Shown: positions 10,406 through 23,573 of the stretch, one piece after another | How positions within the stretch are numbered: the first letter of the stretch is position 1 | Layout of the letters: the number at the start of each line of letters is the position of its first letter | Assembly: GCA_026936335.1 (NCBI GenBank) | Contig: JAPMXV010000006.1 | Span: forward strand, 310,001 to 374,000 | DNA: 64,000 nucleotides | Direction: 5' to 3' | Origin: Mantamonas sphyraenae STR306 | Taxonomy: Eukaryota > Protista > CRuMs | Notes under the pieces: model-generated | Seen by the model: only the letters and a program-made list of their open reading frames with translations | What the model was told of the DNA's origin: nothing | Databases searched by the model: none | Translations under genes and position numbers: made by a program

Positions 10406-11487
10406 ATGGAACTGATTGCACTGGAATGCCTGCTGGCCATGCTGGCAGCAGCATTGGGCAGTGGCCAACCCAACTCATGCACCAAACCATTGCCACGAGA
10501 TTGGACGGTGGAGTCCCTGCGCCCTGTGCTGGGTCGTGTGGAACCCGCCGTGTTTGCTGTGGCTGAAAGCGGTGTGGATGGTGCTGATGCATCGCATGTG
10601 CTGGCCATGTTGGAAGAACAGGGGGACAGTGAGGCAGTGCAGGTGTTGCACTGGCTCATGGCCACTCCATCCCAGTGTGACGAGCACACTCGGTCCTGGC
10701 TTGCCAAACAGCCCGAGGAGGTGTTGGAACACTCCTATGCCAAGCTTCTCCCCTGTTCCTGTGACACACACTCTGTCCTGGAGGCCTCTGCCCACGTCCA
10801 GCCCGACCATGTGTTCTGTGTGCCGTACTACGAGGGCACCGACGACGGACAACCCCACCACCAGGCCTCGCTGGCCTTTACACAACGTGCCAACGAGCTG
10901 GGCTGTGAACAGCAATGGTTCCATGGCTCGCACATGTCCAATTGGCACTCCATCCTCCACACCTGCCTCGATGAAGGCCGCACCAACCGTGGGGTCCTCT
11001 ACGGACGAGGTGTCTACCTTGCCAAGCAGTTGCGTGTCAGCATGGAGTTTGCCCATGCCCTTGACTTTGCCTCTGTCATGCGTCTGCCCCATCTTGGCTC
11101 ACGATGCTCCATGGTCGCCGAGTGTCAGGTCATTTGCGACAAAAGCCTAGCTCGATCCACCCTCACCGAGCAAGGGGTGCCCACACACTACCTTGTGGCA
11201 GGCGGGCAGTTTGTACGTGTCACTCACCTCCTCCTCTGGGTTCATCGTGACCCTGTGTCATCCTCACCTGTGTCATCGGCGGCTGCTCCTCCTCCTCCTC
11301 CGCCTCCTCCTCCACGGCAGACATCCATCCTACCACGGAGGCCACGCCCCCATCATGGACAATGCGCGTGTTCTCCCTGGTGCGCACACATGCATTGCTT
11401 GTCTGTGTCATACTGTACATCTGTGTGCTGTTGTGGGTCAACGCCCTTGACCAACCAATCAAGCAACGCACACGCAAGCTAAGGTGA
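10406..11487 (+). CDS. PARP16: PARP16-like mono-ADP-ribosyltransferase, tail-anchored (apparent frameshift ~11287)
   Basis: FHGS..NWHSIL, LYGRGVYLA and HYLV..VRVTHLLLW motifs. The -1 frame after 11287 gives poly-Ser plus a C-terminal TM (HALLVCVILYICVLLWV), stop 11485-11487. Confidence 0.8.
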
Positions 11488-11619
11488 CATTGGTTTGCAA
11501 CCTCCCTCCCCCACACACACATGGACAATCGCAAGAGGGAATGAATGTGTGGTTGTTTGACTCGTCGTCGTTTTTTTTTTGCGTTCATCTGTTCGCACAT
11601 TGGGTCTCGCTGACCCAAA

Positions 11620-14326
11620 TCACTCCACAGTCACACTCTTGGCCAGGTTGCGGGGCTGATCGACGTTGAAGCCACGTGCACATGCCAGATGGTAGGAGAG
11701 GAGCTGCATGGGGATGACGTTGATGATGCACTGCAGGTACGGGTCCACCTTGGGCACCTTGATGGCATTGACTGCCTGGTCATCCAGCGAGTCGTCGTCC
11801 TCGTGCACAAGCACAATGGGCTTGCCCGAACGAGACACGACCTGGTTGACAGCGTTCATGACACGGTCATACGAGCTGTCCCTGGTGGCAATGAGGATCA
11901 CAGGCATGGTTTCGTCAATCAGAGCCAGTGGTCCGTGCTTCAGCTCACCCGCCAGGATGCCTTCCGAGTGGATGTACGAGATCTCCTTGATCTTGAGTGC
12001 ACCCTCCACACAGGTGGCGTACTGCAGACCACGACCCATGATGAGAAGCGACTTGGCATCGTTCATGCCTTCAGCCAGCTCCTTGATCATGTCGTTAGCC
12101 TCCAGAGCCTTGCCAATGAGTTCGCTCAACTTGGCCATGTCGTCGATGATGGCAATGAAGCGTTCGCGCAGGGCCAGCGAGTCCTCGCCCAGCTTGAGGG
12201 CAAAGAGGATCAGGGCAATCACCTGCGAGGTGTATGCCTTTGTGGAAGCCACACCAATCTCCACACCTGCGTTGACGTGCACACCACAGTCGGTCATGCG
12301 AGCAATGGCCGAGCCCACCGTGTTGGTGAAGCCAATGCACAGCGCTCCATGCTTCTTGCAGTACTCCAGTGCACGCAGCGTGTCTGCCGTCTCACCCGAC
12401 TGGGAGATGAAGATGCACACGTCGTCACGGAAGATTGGCGGGTCACGGTCCATCATGTCCGATGCCAGCTCCAGGCTGATGGGCACGTTGGAAAAGTCTT
12501 CCAACAGCTGACGCGTGGCCACGGCAGCATGGTACGAGGTGCCACACGCAATCATGATGATACGACGACAGCGACGAATGTAGGGCAGGTGAGCCTGCAC
12601 CCCACCCAGCTTGACGGTGTGGTCCTGGAAGTTGATGCGACCTGCCATGGTGTTCAAACACGACTCGGTCTGTTCGTAGATCTCCTTCTGCATAAAGTGG
12701 TCAAAGTTGCCACGGCGGATCTGGTCCAACTCCATCTCCAGCGTGTGCACAAATCGCTTGGTGTCCGTCTCGGCCTCGGACTGCTCCTCCGACGACGACG
12801 ACGACGACGACCCGGCGTCCTCCTCACGCTGCACACGGAAGATGGTGAAGTTGTTGTCACACAGGTGCACAAAGTCACCGTCCTCCAGGTACAACACACG
12901 CTTGGTGTGTGCAATCAGTGCAGACGCATCACTGGCAAGGAAGTACTCCACCGGCTCCTCACGCTCCTGCACATGCACAGACGCAGACGAACGCAGCACG
13001 TCGTTCACAATCTCTGCGTCATGTGAGCTGTTCTCCTCAAACAGAGGCTCAAAGCTCATGGCTCCTGCCAGCAGGCCGCCTTCCTGCGACGTCGATCCGG
13101 CCGGCGACAACAGCGGCGTCCCTGCAAGCGACATGTTGCGCTTGTAGTTCACCTGCACCGACGTCTCTGTCTTGTCTGACGAGTCTGGGCGCGAGATGCT
13201 GTGTGTCATTTTGGGGGGGGGGGTGGGTGGAGGAGGTGTCAGGTGTCAGGTGTCAGGTGTCAGGGAAAAATCCTCTCTTCCCTCTGGCACCAGCCACGTA
13301 CCCAAGGATCAGGGGAGAGCCGCGCTTGGCAGCCACCAGTTCGTTGGGGTACAGCCTCGACTTGACAATGAGCGCATAGGCGCCGTGCTGCGTGTGTGCG
13401 GCAGGAGGGGTGTGTGTGTGAGTCGGACGGGGAACGGGGGACCCCAGCCATAATCACGAAACGTAAAAAAAAAGCAGAGAAACGTGTGGAAAACACAGTG
13501 GTGTGGGGAAGGGGGGAGCGGGGGTGGGGGTAGGGAACATACGAGGTGGAAGGAGACCTCCTTGATGAGGGACTTGAAGGTGGGCTTCTTGCCGTACTCC
13601 TCTGTGAGCTGCAGGTAGACGTAGTAAATGAGTTGGGCGACAATCTCCGTGTCGGTGTCGCTCTTGGGGCTGAAGCCCTTCTTCTGCAGCATCATCTTGA
13701 GGTCCTTGTAGTTGGTGATGATGCCGTTGTGCACCACAGTGAAGTGGGCGTCTTCGTCAGAGACGTGGGGATGCGAGTTGACGCGGCTCGGGGCACCGTG
13801 GGTGGCCCAGCGAGTGTGTGCAATGCCTATCCGGGGTGTTGTGGCAACACGATGGCATGAGCATACACACACACGCACGCACAGACACACACAGAGAGGG
13901 ATGTGCAGACACACGCATGGATCACGCAGTGCACGCAGCAGCAGGGAGGGAGGGCAGAAGGTGTCAGCGCACAAGAGGGCTCCGGAAACTGCTCGAAAAA
14001 CGCCTTTTCTGCAACTGCGGCGGAGAACGCCACACAACAGTCGTGGGATGACACAAAGGGCATGGACACTTACCGGCATGGTTGTTAAAGGTGAATTCGG
14101 CGTCGAGGTTGGTCATCTCCTCGCCAACCAGCTGGCGGAGGGCAGCCAAGTTTCCGACCTCACGAATAATCTTCGGAGCCAGACTCTGGTCGTCCTGGTC
14201 GATCGCAATGCCCGCAGAGTCGTAACCACGGTACTCCAGGGTCTGCAGACCCGAAAGCAGGACCTCAACAATGTCCGCACGCGTACGCGGAGTCAGATAG
14301 GAGAAAATGCCAAAGATGCCACACAT
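11620..14326 (-). CDS. GFPT1: Glutamine:fructose-6-phosphate amidotransferase (GFAT), 4 exons
   Basis: [42 protein letters not shown]-terminal [11 protein letters not shown]. Confidence 0.98.
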
Positions 14327-14767
14327 GATGGAAAGAGTTCTCTGGAAGGAATTTGAGGATTCAGAAGGTTTTGAGAGGTTGTGTCGAGAGGGATGCTCAA
14401 GTGACGCACAGTCGATGGTTGGGCGTGGTAGTATGGATACAGGGGTTCCGGTGAGATACAGTGAGGCTGTACGATAGGGAACGACTTTGGCGGCTTTCGA
14501 CTGAGTTGGCAAGGCTGGCGCCTGCTGCGATCGCAGTTTTGAAGTCGCCAGCTCCCCGAAAGCGCGACGCCCACCCCGGCCTCCACACGTCAGCGGTGAC
14601 CCCGAAACAGCAGCCGATGTGCTTTGGGTGGCCATTGCAGACAGTGGGACGTGGTTGCATGCTCACACAGACGTCGTCACGTCGGAATGGGTGGCAGGAA
14701 GAAGGAAACGCAGCAAGAAAGTTGACGTTTTGTTTGTGTTATGGAAGAAAGAAGAAACCGGACGCCG

Positions 14768-16408
14768 TCACACCTTGTTCACCTTGTTCCCAGTGATGAG
14801 AGCCAGCTGAACGCCCATGAAGAGGCTGAGAATGAACCAGGGGAGGTGGTCCTGGATGTGCTCACTCTGGACAGCGACGCACTGCTCTGGGAGAGGGAGG
14901 GAAAGGTCCACAGAGTAGTCTGACCACATGTGCAGAGGCGAGTCATCAGGCAACTTGCCATACTGGTCCACATACGCCGTCACGTCGCGTTCGTATGCTC
15001 GGATGCGACGCAGGGAGATGTGTTCGACGGCCATGTTGGCCAGAATCTTGACCACGAGGAGGACACCAAACTGGGCCACCATTGTCCACACCTGGGTCTC
15101 TGTGGACACATCACAGGCCACCATGCAGGGTCCAGGCACGTAGAGGTTGGACACCAGCAGCACACTGGCCAACACATCCGCCAAGTGCTCAGACATCATG
15201 TCCTGCACCGCATACAACCAGTACTTGCGAAGAAACAGGCATCGTCTGTACAGACGATACTCTTGCTTGTCCTGAGGGGTGGTGAGGGTGTCCACCACCG
15301 TCTGCACAGAGTCCCCTTTGATTGTTCGCCACAGCCAGTTCCATCCCTCCTCGCCCAGACCTGCGTCACGCACAATGAGACGCACGGTGAGTGCCACAAT
15401 CATGATGAGGGACACGACGTCAAAGCTGGCCACGTTGATGAAGAGGAGGGACCCAAACAGGTCGTCCACCACCTGCCAGGGAAACAAGAGCTGCACACTG
15501 CGCCACGAGTCGGTGGCAAAGTTGCTCAGCTTCCAAATGAGCAGAATGACAGCCAGCATGAGGATGAGATAGAAGATGTAGACGCCCAATGCCAGCACGT
15601 CGGATACACCGGCGGCCACTGCGTTGACTGTGACAGAGATGGTGGTGCCACCCAGAATGAGTCCCACAGCAAGGTTGGCATAGCCACGACCATAGCGCAC
15701 GCGTCGATGTCCACGGTTTTCCCACCAGACGACAAAGGCGATGGCAAAGACGACCACCAGCGTCAGACCACTCCCCAGCCCGGGGTCCATGCCGTAGTAT
15801 GGCAACAGAGTGCCTGTCATGAATGCCCCCACAGACATGAGATAGCCCCAAATTGCCATATGCGATGCCACATGCCGCCGTTGCTGCGGCGGACGCGGTT
15901 CAAACAGCCGTAGGCGCTCGGCATCACTTTTCATCTCGTACACCTCGATGCCGTAATCCTCAGGCTTCAAAAACGGTTTGATGGGCAAGTTATACTGCTT
16001 GCGAAACATATACTCGACGACCATGACCATGAGGGGTGTGCCCAGAAAGATACGCACGGCATTGACAAAGAGTGTGCTTTCGGGCGTGTGACCCAACGTC
16101 ATCCTGTCGCCCAGCATCACTGTGGGTGGACCCGTGGCCAGGTACACCACATGGGCCCATGAGTGCACAATGAGGCCCCATACGATCGACAGTGCCTTTT
16201 GTGTGCGGGTCAAGACGCCCGGGTAGCAAATCTCGATGCCTGTGGCAATCAGGGGTCCCTCGATCACGCTGAAGGTCAACGAGTCCAGTGACACCACCCC
16301 TTTGTACCAGGACACACATGCCACTGTCCAAATCATCGCTACGGCGTAGATGAGTACCTGCAGCCGTGTATGGTGCGACGGCGGCCAGACCCTCTCTAGG
16401 CTTGGCAT
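14768..16408 (-). CDS. Multi-pass membrane protein of unknown function
   Basis: About 12 hydrophobic segments. Start set at MPSLERV; the upstream ORF extension runs through microsatellites. Confidence 0.7.
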   Translation of the reverse strand: MPSLERVWPPSHHTRLQVLIYAVAMIWTVACVSWYKGVVSLDSLTFSVIEGPLIATGIEICYPGVLTRTQKALSIVWGLIVHSWAHVVYLATGPPTVMLGDRMTLGHTPESTLFVNAVRIFLGTPLMVMVVEYMFRKQYNLPIKPFLKPEDYGIEVYEMKSDAERLRLFEPRPPQQRRHVASHMAIWGYLMSVGAFMTGTLLPYYGMDPGLGSGLTLVVVFAIAFVVWWENRGHRRVRYGRGYANLAVGLILGGTTISVTVNAVAAGVSDVLALGVYIFYLILMLAVILLIWKLSNFATDSWRSVQLLFPWQVVDDLFGSLLFINVASFDVVSLIMIVALTVRLIVRDAGLGEEGWNWLWRTIKGDSVQTVVDTLTTPQDKQEYRLYRRCLFLRKYWLYAVQDMMSEHLADVLASVLLVSNLYVPGPCMVACDVSTETQVWTMVAQFGVLLVVKILANMAVEHISLRRIRAYERDVTAYVDQYGKLPDDSPLHMWSDYSVDLSLPLPEQCVAVQSEHIQDHLPWFILSLFMGVQLALITGNKVNKV

Positions 16409-16705
16409 GGTGTTGTGCTGGTTCAGCGTGCGGCAACACGGAACACAAGCAAGGGTTTGTTCTTTCCAGCAGGTGCCTGTGCACACAAACGATGTCTGTG
16501 TGTGTGTGTGTGTGTGTGTGTCGCTTGCGCAAACCTGTCGGCGCTGCGTCTTGCTTTTCGCGCAAAACTGGACTTTGCCCAGCTCTGCCCTTCCCCCCTC
16601 TCCAATCGCACCCAAACCCAAGAGCAGGGCCAAGAATGGGGTGATCCAAAGCAACAGCATTCTGCTAGTGTGTGTGTGTGTGTGTGTGTGTGTGATGAAC
16701 TGCAT

Positions 16706-17953
16706 CTATTCCTCGCTGGTGGTGGTGGTGGTGGTGGTGGTGTCAATCTCACCAGCCTCCACCACTCCCTTGGCCTCGAGCTCCTCCACAGAGGGACGTG
16801 AGCCAATCTTGCTCTCGAGGGAGTCCTTGGTACGCTCCACCTCCAATTCATGCTGCTTCTCGTGCAGCTTCGCCGACACAGTCACGTCTGCGTGCAGGAT
16901 GTTGCGGTCCAGCATCAGCTCCTTCTCCGGGCGGTTCTCAATCTTGAACTCCAGCTTGTCGACCAGACGGGCCTTGACCAGCTCATCCTCTTTGGCCTGC
17001 AGCGAAGGTGCCACCTTGCTGTCGTGGATGTAGTTGCGGTTCACCAGGTCCTCGCGTTCCGGACGACGCTCCAGCTTGTGCTCCAGCTTGTCGATCGTAC
17101 GCTTCTTCTCCAGGTCGTCCATCGCCTGCTGCAGCTGCGGGGCAAGGTTCGTGTCCAGCAGAATATGATGCTGTGTGTGTGTGTTGTCGTTGTGGTTGTG
17201 TGTCAGCCGTTGGGCGGATTTTCCACAGCCCGTTTTTTCCCTCTCTCTCTCTCCTGCTCCCCCAACCCGCTGCTTCCAACTGGGCCTCTCCACTTACGTT
17301 GACCAGGTCCTCACGGTCCGGACGGCGCTCCAGCTTCTTCTCCAGCGAGTCGCGTGCCTTGGCCTTGAGCAGGTCGTCACGAGCTGCCTGCAGAGACGGA
17401 GCCAGCGTGTCGCCTGCGAGAGTGGTGTGTTGTGGTGTGGTGTGTGTGTATCCACATCCATTGAGGAGATCAACGCCATGCCGTGTCAGATTGCCATCCT
17501 ACCACTGTGTTCCATCATGCCCACTCCCCTCACATGCCACTTTCCCACACACCCCACACCCCCCCCGTTTGAAATGAAGTCAAACGGGGGGGCCGCCCCT
17601 TTTTTTCCTTTCAGGAACGGTCGTTTTCCCCTCTCGCGCGCCCGTACTCGCCACCACATGCACCTCGCCACCCGCACATGCGTCCCATACGTACCCTTGA
17701 GCACGTTGCGTGCAATGAGGTCCTCACGGTCCAGACGCAGGGCGCCCAGCTGCTTCTCCAGGGCTGAGTGTGCCCAACGTCGTCGTCGTGTCATTTTGTG
17801 TGAGTTGGCTGTTGGCTGCCTAATTCCTCGCCCTCTCTCCAGGCCTGCACACTCACCCTCTCCAGAGCCGGCCAGGTCGATGTTGCTCTCGTCCACGGCG
17901 ACGACTTCCTCCTCCTGCTCCTCAATCTGCTGCTGCTGCTCGTTCTCGCTCAT
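16706..17953 (-). CDS. RPEL-repeat G-actin-binding protein, ~4 exons
   Basis: About 5 repeats of L..KLERRP.REDLV.RN(I/Y)I...VAPSLQA; exons bounded by GT-AG. Confidence 0.85.
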
Positions 17954-18060
17954 TTCGTGTTGGTTCGTTTGTGTGTTTTGTGTGGTTGAACCCACGCGAA
18001 TGTATTTCAGCTGACCCACTGTCACACACACACACACATTCACACACCCTCTTTCATTCT

Positions 18061-19867
18061 CTACGAGGCCATGCGCACCTGGTAATCGCCGTTGGTGGTG
18101 ATGTAGCGCACCCAGGGCAGGGCCTGGTAGCCGCTCTTTTCAATGATCTTCAGGTAGCGAACCTGGATGCCCGACACAGTGTAGTAAGGGATCTCAAACT
18201 GCACCGTAATGGGTGGCTTCTGCTGTGCGTTCTCCTCGTCGTCGATGGAAGGCAGTGCAAAGTGGGCTCGCATCAGGTACTCCTTCTTGCCACCGGGGAA
18301 CGACTTGATGGTCCACACAATGGCATTCTTCTGCGGTGCATACTCCACGCTGCCCATGGAAGTCTTGAACTTGGGCGACGAGGCGTCGGGGGGCACGGGG
18401 ATGTTGATGACCACGTTGTTGGCCGTGCTCTTCTCCTTGAACTGCGACTTGGCCTTGATGAGGTACTCGATGCGCGAGTGCGAGTGGGACTCCACCACAC
18501 TCTCAATCCAGATCAAGGGTCGCACCGCCGTGCTCAGCCTGTAGTTCATCAGGTCAAACTCCCCATCGGGAGGGATGAAGGAGATGGTACGGTCGTTCTC
18601 AAACCGACTCAGACGCACACACTGATGGAACTTGATGTCCTCCATGTCCACCGCCTTGGACTTGGACACCGTTTTGCCATGTGACTCGAACATCAGCTTG
18701 TCATTCAGGCCCAGACGAAGCTCAGGCATGCCCGACAGTTGCGAACGCATCTTGATGGCCCCCAGGATTTCAGAGTGCAACACGTTGCCATTGGCATTCA
18801 CCAGCAGGTTCACTGTCTCCACCACATCCAGGAACACCTCGTTCTTGCGGTGCACAATTCCAGGCGGACGCCACGACACAGAGTCTGTCACTGCGTCCGG
18901 AATGTCCATCACATCCTTGCTCTTGCCCTTGCCGATCGTGCGCTTGAACTTGTCCAACGCACTCTCGTTCTCCAGTCGGTGCGACTCCTGCGTGATGTAT
19001 TGCTGCAGGATCTTCGACTCGGTGATCTGCGGGTACCCAAAGTCCATCATCTCGTCGAGCAGCTCGTAGATAATAACAAAGTTGTCCCGGATCGATTCCT
19101 CCTCCAACACGGCAAAGTATTCTTCAAACACCTGATGGTGTGCACAAGGGAAAGCAGACACACAGTGTGTGTGTGTGTGTGTGTGTGTGGAGCGGGTGCG
19201 TCAGTCTCCGTCTCCTCCACGCTTCCGCCGCGGTTTCCCATCCCTCTCTACGTCGTCCCTGCCACATCCACATCCACACGCCCTGCCCACACCCCACTGT
19301 GGCGTGGTATGTTTGCAGCAGCATTGGCTGTGTGTGTGTGCATGCAGCCGTGGCGACGTGGAGGCTTGGTCTGAGGTGGCCTTTGGGCTTTTCCCTCTCC
19401 CGCTTCCCCTGCTTCGCTGCCCTTTTCCGCAACCTACCCGGATGAGATGGAACAGGAATAGTAGAATGCTCGTTACGTTGACGTTGCTCTTGGTGGCAGC
19501 CAGCACTGTGGTGTGGTGGTACGTGCGTGTGTGGTGTGTGGTGTGTTGGCCCTGTGTTGCTCCGCTGAACCAAATGATGGGCGGAGAGAATTCGCAAAGA
19601 GAGCAGCCTGGCAAGGAGCACCACGTGTGCACCTGCATCTCTGTGCCCTGCCTCTGTGTCCCGCTTCCACTTACAAATGAGGCCAGAGTATTTGACAAAG
19701 GCGTATGTGACGCCCTCCTCGTTCATGACGGGCTTCACGTCGATCTCGTCCTCGTCCAAAATGCGTTCGACAAACTTTTCGGCCACACTGAGCTTCACAT
19801 CGCCACGATAGTCGCGGCAGATGAGCAACTTGCCTGCGTTGTCCAGAATAAACACGGCAGAGGCCAT
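18061..19867 (-). CDS. AP1M1: AP-1 adaptor complex mu subunit, 3 exons
   Basis: MASAVFILD..GK.LICRDYRGD, EESIRDNFVIIYELLDEMMDFGYPQ, KNEVFLD, YQALPWVRYIT. Confidence 0.98.
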
Positions 19868-19953
19868 GGCGGGCAGGTGTGCAGGGGCAAGGGGGGGTGA
19901 GGAAAAGTTTGTTGTCGGCAGCCGGCGCCGACTGGGGCAAACCAAGGTCAGCC

Positions 19954-20643
19954 ATGTCCACGACCACACACACCGAGGAGGAGGAGGAGCCGATGTTGAG
20001 TGACGAGGAGGATCCAAACGAGTTGGGCATGCTTGTGGCACGGCTGCTGCACAGCAACAACGCCACGGCACGACGGTTGTGGGAGCAGCGGACGCCGTTG
20101 TTGCAGCCGCAAGAGACGGAAGAGAGGCAGACAGGAGGAGAGGAGGAGGACCATGGTGGCCAGGATGGGACCACCCAGGCAGAGGATGATTTCCTGGAAC
20201 GACTGCAGCTGCGCATGCGATCATCAAGCATGGATGACCAACGTGCAGAGGTGGTGGAAGGCCTGCGCAAACACAAGGAGCAGGCAGCAGCGCGTGTTGA
20301 GGCAGAGGCAGAGGCAGAGGCAGAGGCAGAGGACGAAGAGTGGCTGGATGAGGTGGATCGATTAGGCTCATTGTTGTTGCAGGATGAGTTTAGCAGTCGC
20401 ATGGATGACCAGCGGGCGTCAATGGATCCGCAGCAGAGTGGCAGCCAGGCCCTGGAAGAGGTGGAGTTGGAACGCCTGTTGGTCCGGCTGCTCCACAGGA
20501 ACAACCGGCTGGAGGACCAACGTGCGGAACACATCGACCAGGACGACGAACTGGAACGCATTCGTCTGCTGATCTCCCTGGCCACGTCACGCATGCGCAT
20601 GCGAGGCCAACGCAGCGCCGAAGACGGAAACGTGTCGGATTGA
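19954..20643 (+). CDS. Acidic coiled-coil hypothetical protein
   Basis: E/D/R-rich ORF with internal repeats (RLLHxNN x2; MDDQRA/LEDQRA x3). Confidence 0.6.
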   Translation: MSTTTHTEEEEEPMLSDEEDPNELGMLVARLLHSNNATARRLWEQRTPLLQPQETEERQTGGEEEDHGGQDGTTQAEDDFLERLQLRMRSSSMDDQRAEVVEGLRKHKEQAAARVEAEAEAEAEAEDEEWLDEVDRLGSLLLQDEFSSRMDDQRASMDPQQSGSQALEEVELERLLVRLLHRNNRLEDQRAEHIDQDDELERIRLLISLATSRMRMRGQRSAEDGNVSD

Positions 20644-20741
20644 ACCCCTCCCCAGCGACTGTATACGGCAGCAAATGGGCACACACACGCTCTGCTGATT
20701 ACATTGAAACCATTATGCACACACACACACACACACACACA

Positions 20742-22191
20742 TTACCGCTTGACACTGGGAAACACGTTGTTGACGGCGAGGCTGCTGCCTCGTTTGTTGT
20801 TGAGAGCAGGGTACATGCTGTTGCCACTGTTGCCACTGGTGCCACCTGTCTTTTCTCTGCGTCCACCACTCCTGGTGCTGGACTTGCCTTTGAGGTTGCG
20901 TGTGCGTGTGGTGCTGCCGCTGCCCTCGTTTGCCCCGCCGCCTTGTCGGAAGCGAGTGCCACCACTCACCGTGCTGCTGTATGGGCTGTTGGGCGTCCCT
21001 CCACTCGAGTAGTACCCTTGGATCAGACGGTATCGGTTCTGAGTCTGGTTGTCGTGCCCCGATGACGAGGAGGCCGTTGACGATGATGATGATGATGATG
21101 ATGTCGTCGTCGTGGTCGTTGAGTACACCCCACGTCCTGTGTTGGTGTGATTGTTGTTGTTGCTGCTGCTGCTGCTATGATGGATGTTGTGGTTGTTGCT
21201 GCTGCTGCTGCTGCTGTTGCTGTTGCTGTGTTGTGTGCTACGCTGCCGTGGTGACAAGACCAGGCCATTCGACGACCGTGGGCGCAGGTTGTACACGTTG
21301 AAGGACGTGCCTGACCCCGAGTTGCCCCCGCCCGCTGTTGTGCCACCGCCTGTGCCACTCGTGCTGCCACCCAGACCCTTGCGCAGGATGCGTGGCGAGT
21401 TGCCACTGCCACCCGTTCCAGTGGAGCCCACTCCTCCTGCTGTCCCACCCCCACGTGCCATCCGCCCATGGATCTGGCTTCCCGACGATCCTGTAATCAC
21501 ACTGCCCGACCCATACACTGAGTTGCTTGTCTTGTGCTGCACCACCTTGGGGGTGGCCGGTTGGGACGGTGACGATGCTGCACCCACCAACAGGGGTCCG
21601 GGGCGCCTTCGCGAGTGGGCAATCTTGCTTGTCTCTCGTGTCGACTCCACTTGTCGCCACTTGTCCCCTCCTCCACCTCCGGCCCCTCCCGATGTCGTCG
21701 TTGAGCCCGTCAGACCTGTCAATGGCAGCTTCTTTGCCACACTCGGTCCCTCCTGCTCCTCCTGCCTCGCGTACGCCGACGGCGACGATGAGGACGATGA
21801 CGACGACGACGACGACGACGACGATGATGACGATGTCGTTGATGTCGTCGTGCCCGTCGAGTATGATCCTCCGCTGCTCGACAGATGGCCTGAGCTCTTC
21901 AGGCTGTCGTGGTTCTTCTTGTGTGCCGAGCGCAACATGCTTGCCGTTGTCTCTGATGGCTCGTACACTTCCTCCGACAGCAAACCACTCCCTGTGCCTC
22001 CTGTGCCTCCCCCCTCGCTGGCACTGTCGTCCAGCGACGACAGTGACTCGGTGGAGCGCAATTCCACCATGCCCGACGATGACGACGACGACGACGACGA
22101 CGACGATGTGGACGACGTCGACGTGGTGCTCTTCAGCTTACCCAAACGCTTGCCCTTGCGTGTCTTGCGTGATTTGCGCTTGCTGTTGTTC

Positions 22192-22225
<34 letters not shown>

Positions 22226-23427
22226 TTGCAATCGTGCCCTCCTCCTCATTGTTGCGTGCCTCTTTGTCGTGTGCTTTCCACATGGAGCTTTGCATGGAGA
22301 CGAGAAAGTGTTGTTGGGGCCCAATGACGGATCCGGGCCTGCAGATGCGAATCCACCCCATGGTTTCCAGCGCCGTCATTCGCCAGCGACGCATCATGTA
22401 CAGACACAGCAGAGTGCCCGTACGTCCCAGCCCAGCCTTGCAGTGCACGGCAATAGCCTCGTCGTCAGGCACCGCAAGTGCAATCTTGAGGAACTTGTTG
22501 ACGATGCTCATGCTGGGTGTGCTGCCGTCGATAAAGAAGAGGTCGTGGTGTTTGAAGCCAGCATCGAGGAAGCGCCTCCGTTGGTACTCCTTCTTGTTGA
22601 GACGCACAATGTGACGCACGCCACGCGGGCGGAATTGGTCGATGAGGTCTTCGGGGGTCATGGGTCGGATGCCGTCCTCGTCGATGTCGTTGGTTTTCTT
22701 GGGTCCGGCAAAGGCAATCACCTTTTTCGGGATGATCCAGTTCCAGTCACCGTTTTCCACCTGTTCGTACTGCTCGTACTCGTCCAGGTCGAAGCTGCCG
22801 TCCTGAAACCCCACCCAGCCGAGTTGGTTTGCGCGGTACAGGCCCTTCAAACAGTCGTACACCGTCAGATGGAACGTCGACACACCCATGCTTGCGTCGC
22901 GGTATGCCAGCAGAGGTGGCTGTACATTCTTGAAGGGCTTGAAAGCCTCTGCTGGGGTGTACTCGTGGTAGAGAATCTGCGCGCCAAAAAGCGACGGTTG
23001 CGAGCCGTTTGCGCGTGGACAGGCGTCAGACATGTGCACCCCACCTGGGCAGACTTGGTGTGGACGGGCTGCTTGTTAGGCAAGAGACGGGCGGCATGCG
23101 GTAACGTACGAGGTAGGAACAGATGAGATAGGCAGCGTTTGTACGGCGCGCTGCCAAGGTGCTGCTGTAGAAGATGATCACCGCGTCTTTGGCGTCCTTG
23201 TTGTTCAACATGGAATGCAACAGGCGACAGAACCGGTATAGCAGCGCCAGGTTGAGGGGGCCAAAGTCTGCAAAGAATGGCTCGTACACCAGAGTGTCAT
23301 CCACACAGAAAAACACTCGGCTTCGATTCACCGGGTCGTGCGGCACCGAGCGCAGCGCCGTGTAGTACAGCCGGCCCGGGAAGATGGTGATGGCATTGCG
23401 CAGCTCTTTAATGCTGCTGATGCTCAT
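20742..23427 (-). CDS. CDC14: CDC14 dual-specificity phosphatase, 2 exons
   Basis: YEPFFADFGPLNLA, VENGDWNWIIP, catalytic HCKAGLGRTG, RICRPGSVIGPQQ; long S/G-rich tail. Confidence 0.97.
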
Positions 23428-23573
23428 GCTGGGGGACCGGGGGGCAGGACAGACGCCTGGTGAGGAGGGTTGGTTGGTTGGTTTGGATGCGTCCGCGGAG
23501 GCAAGGAAACCTCCAAAAAACTCACATTTATTTCACAAACAAAGGCATCGTGACATCACCCAACGACCAGTCC

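Noticed and set aside
134-14326. GFAT plus GT61 as a hexosamine gene cluster
   Set aside because: About 10 kb and six unrelated protein genes apart.
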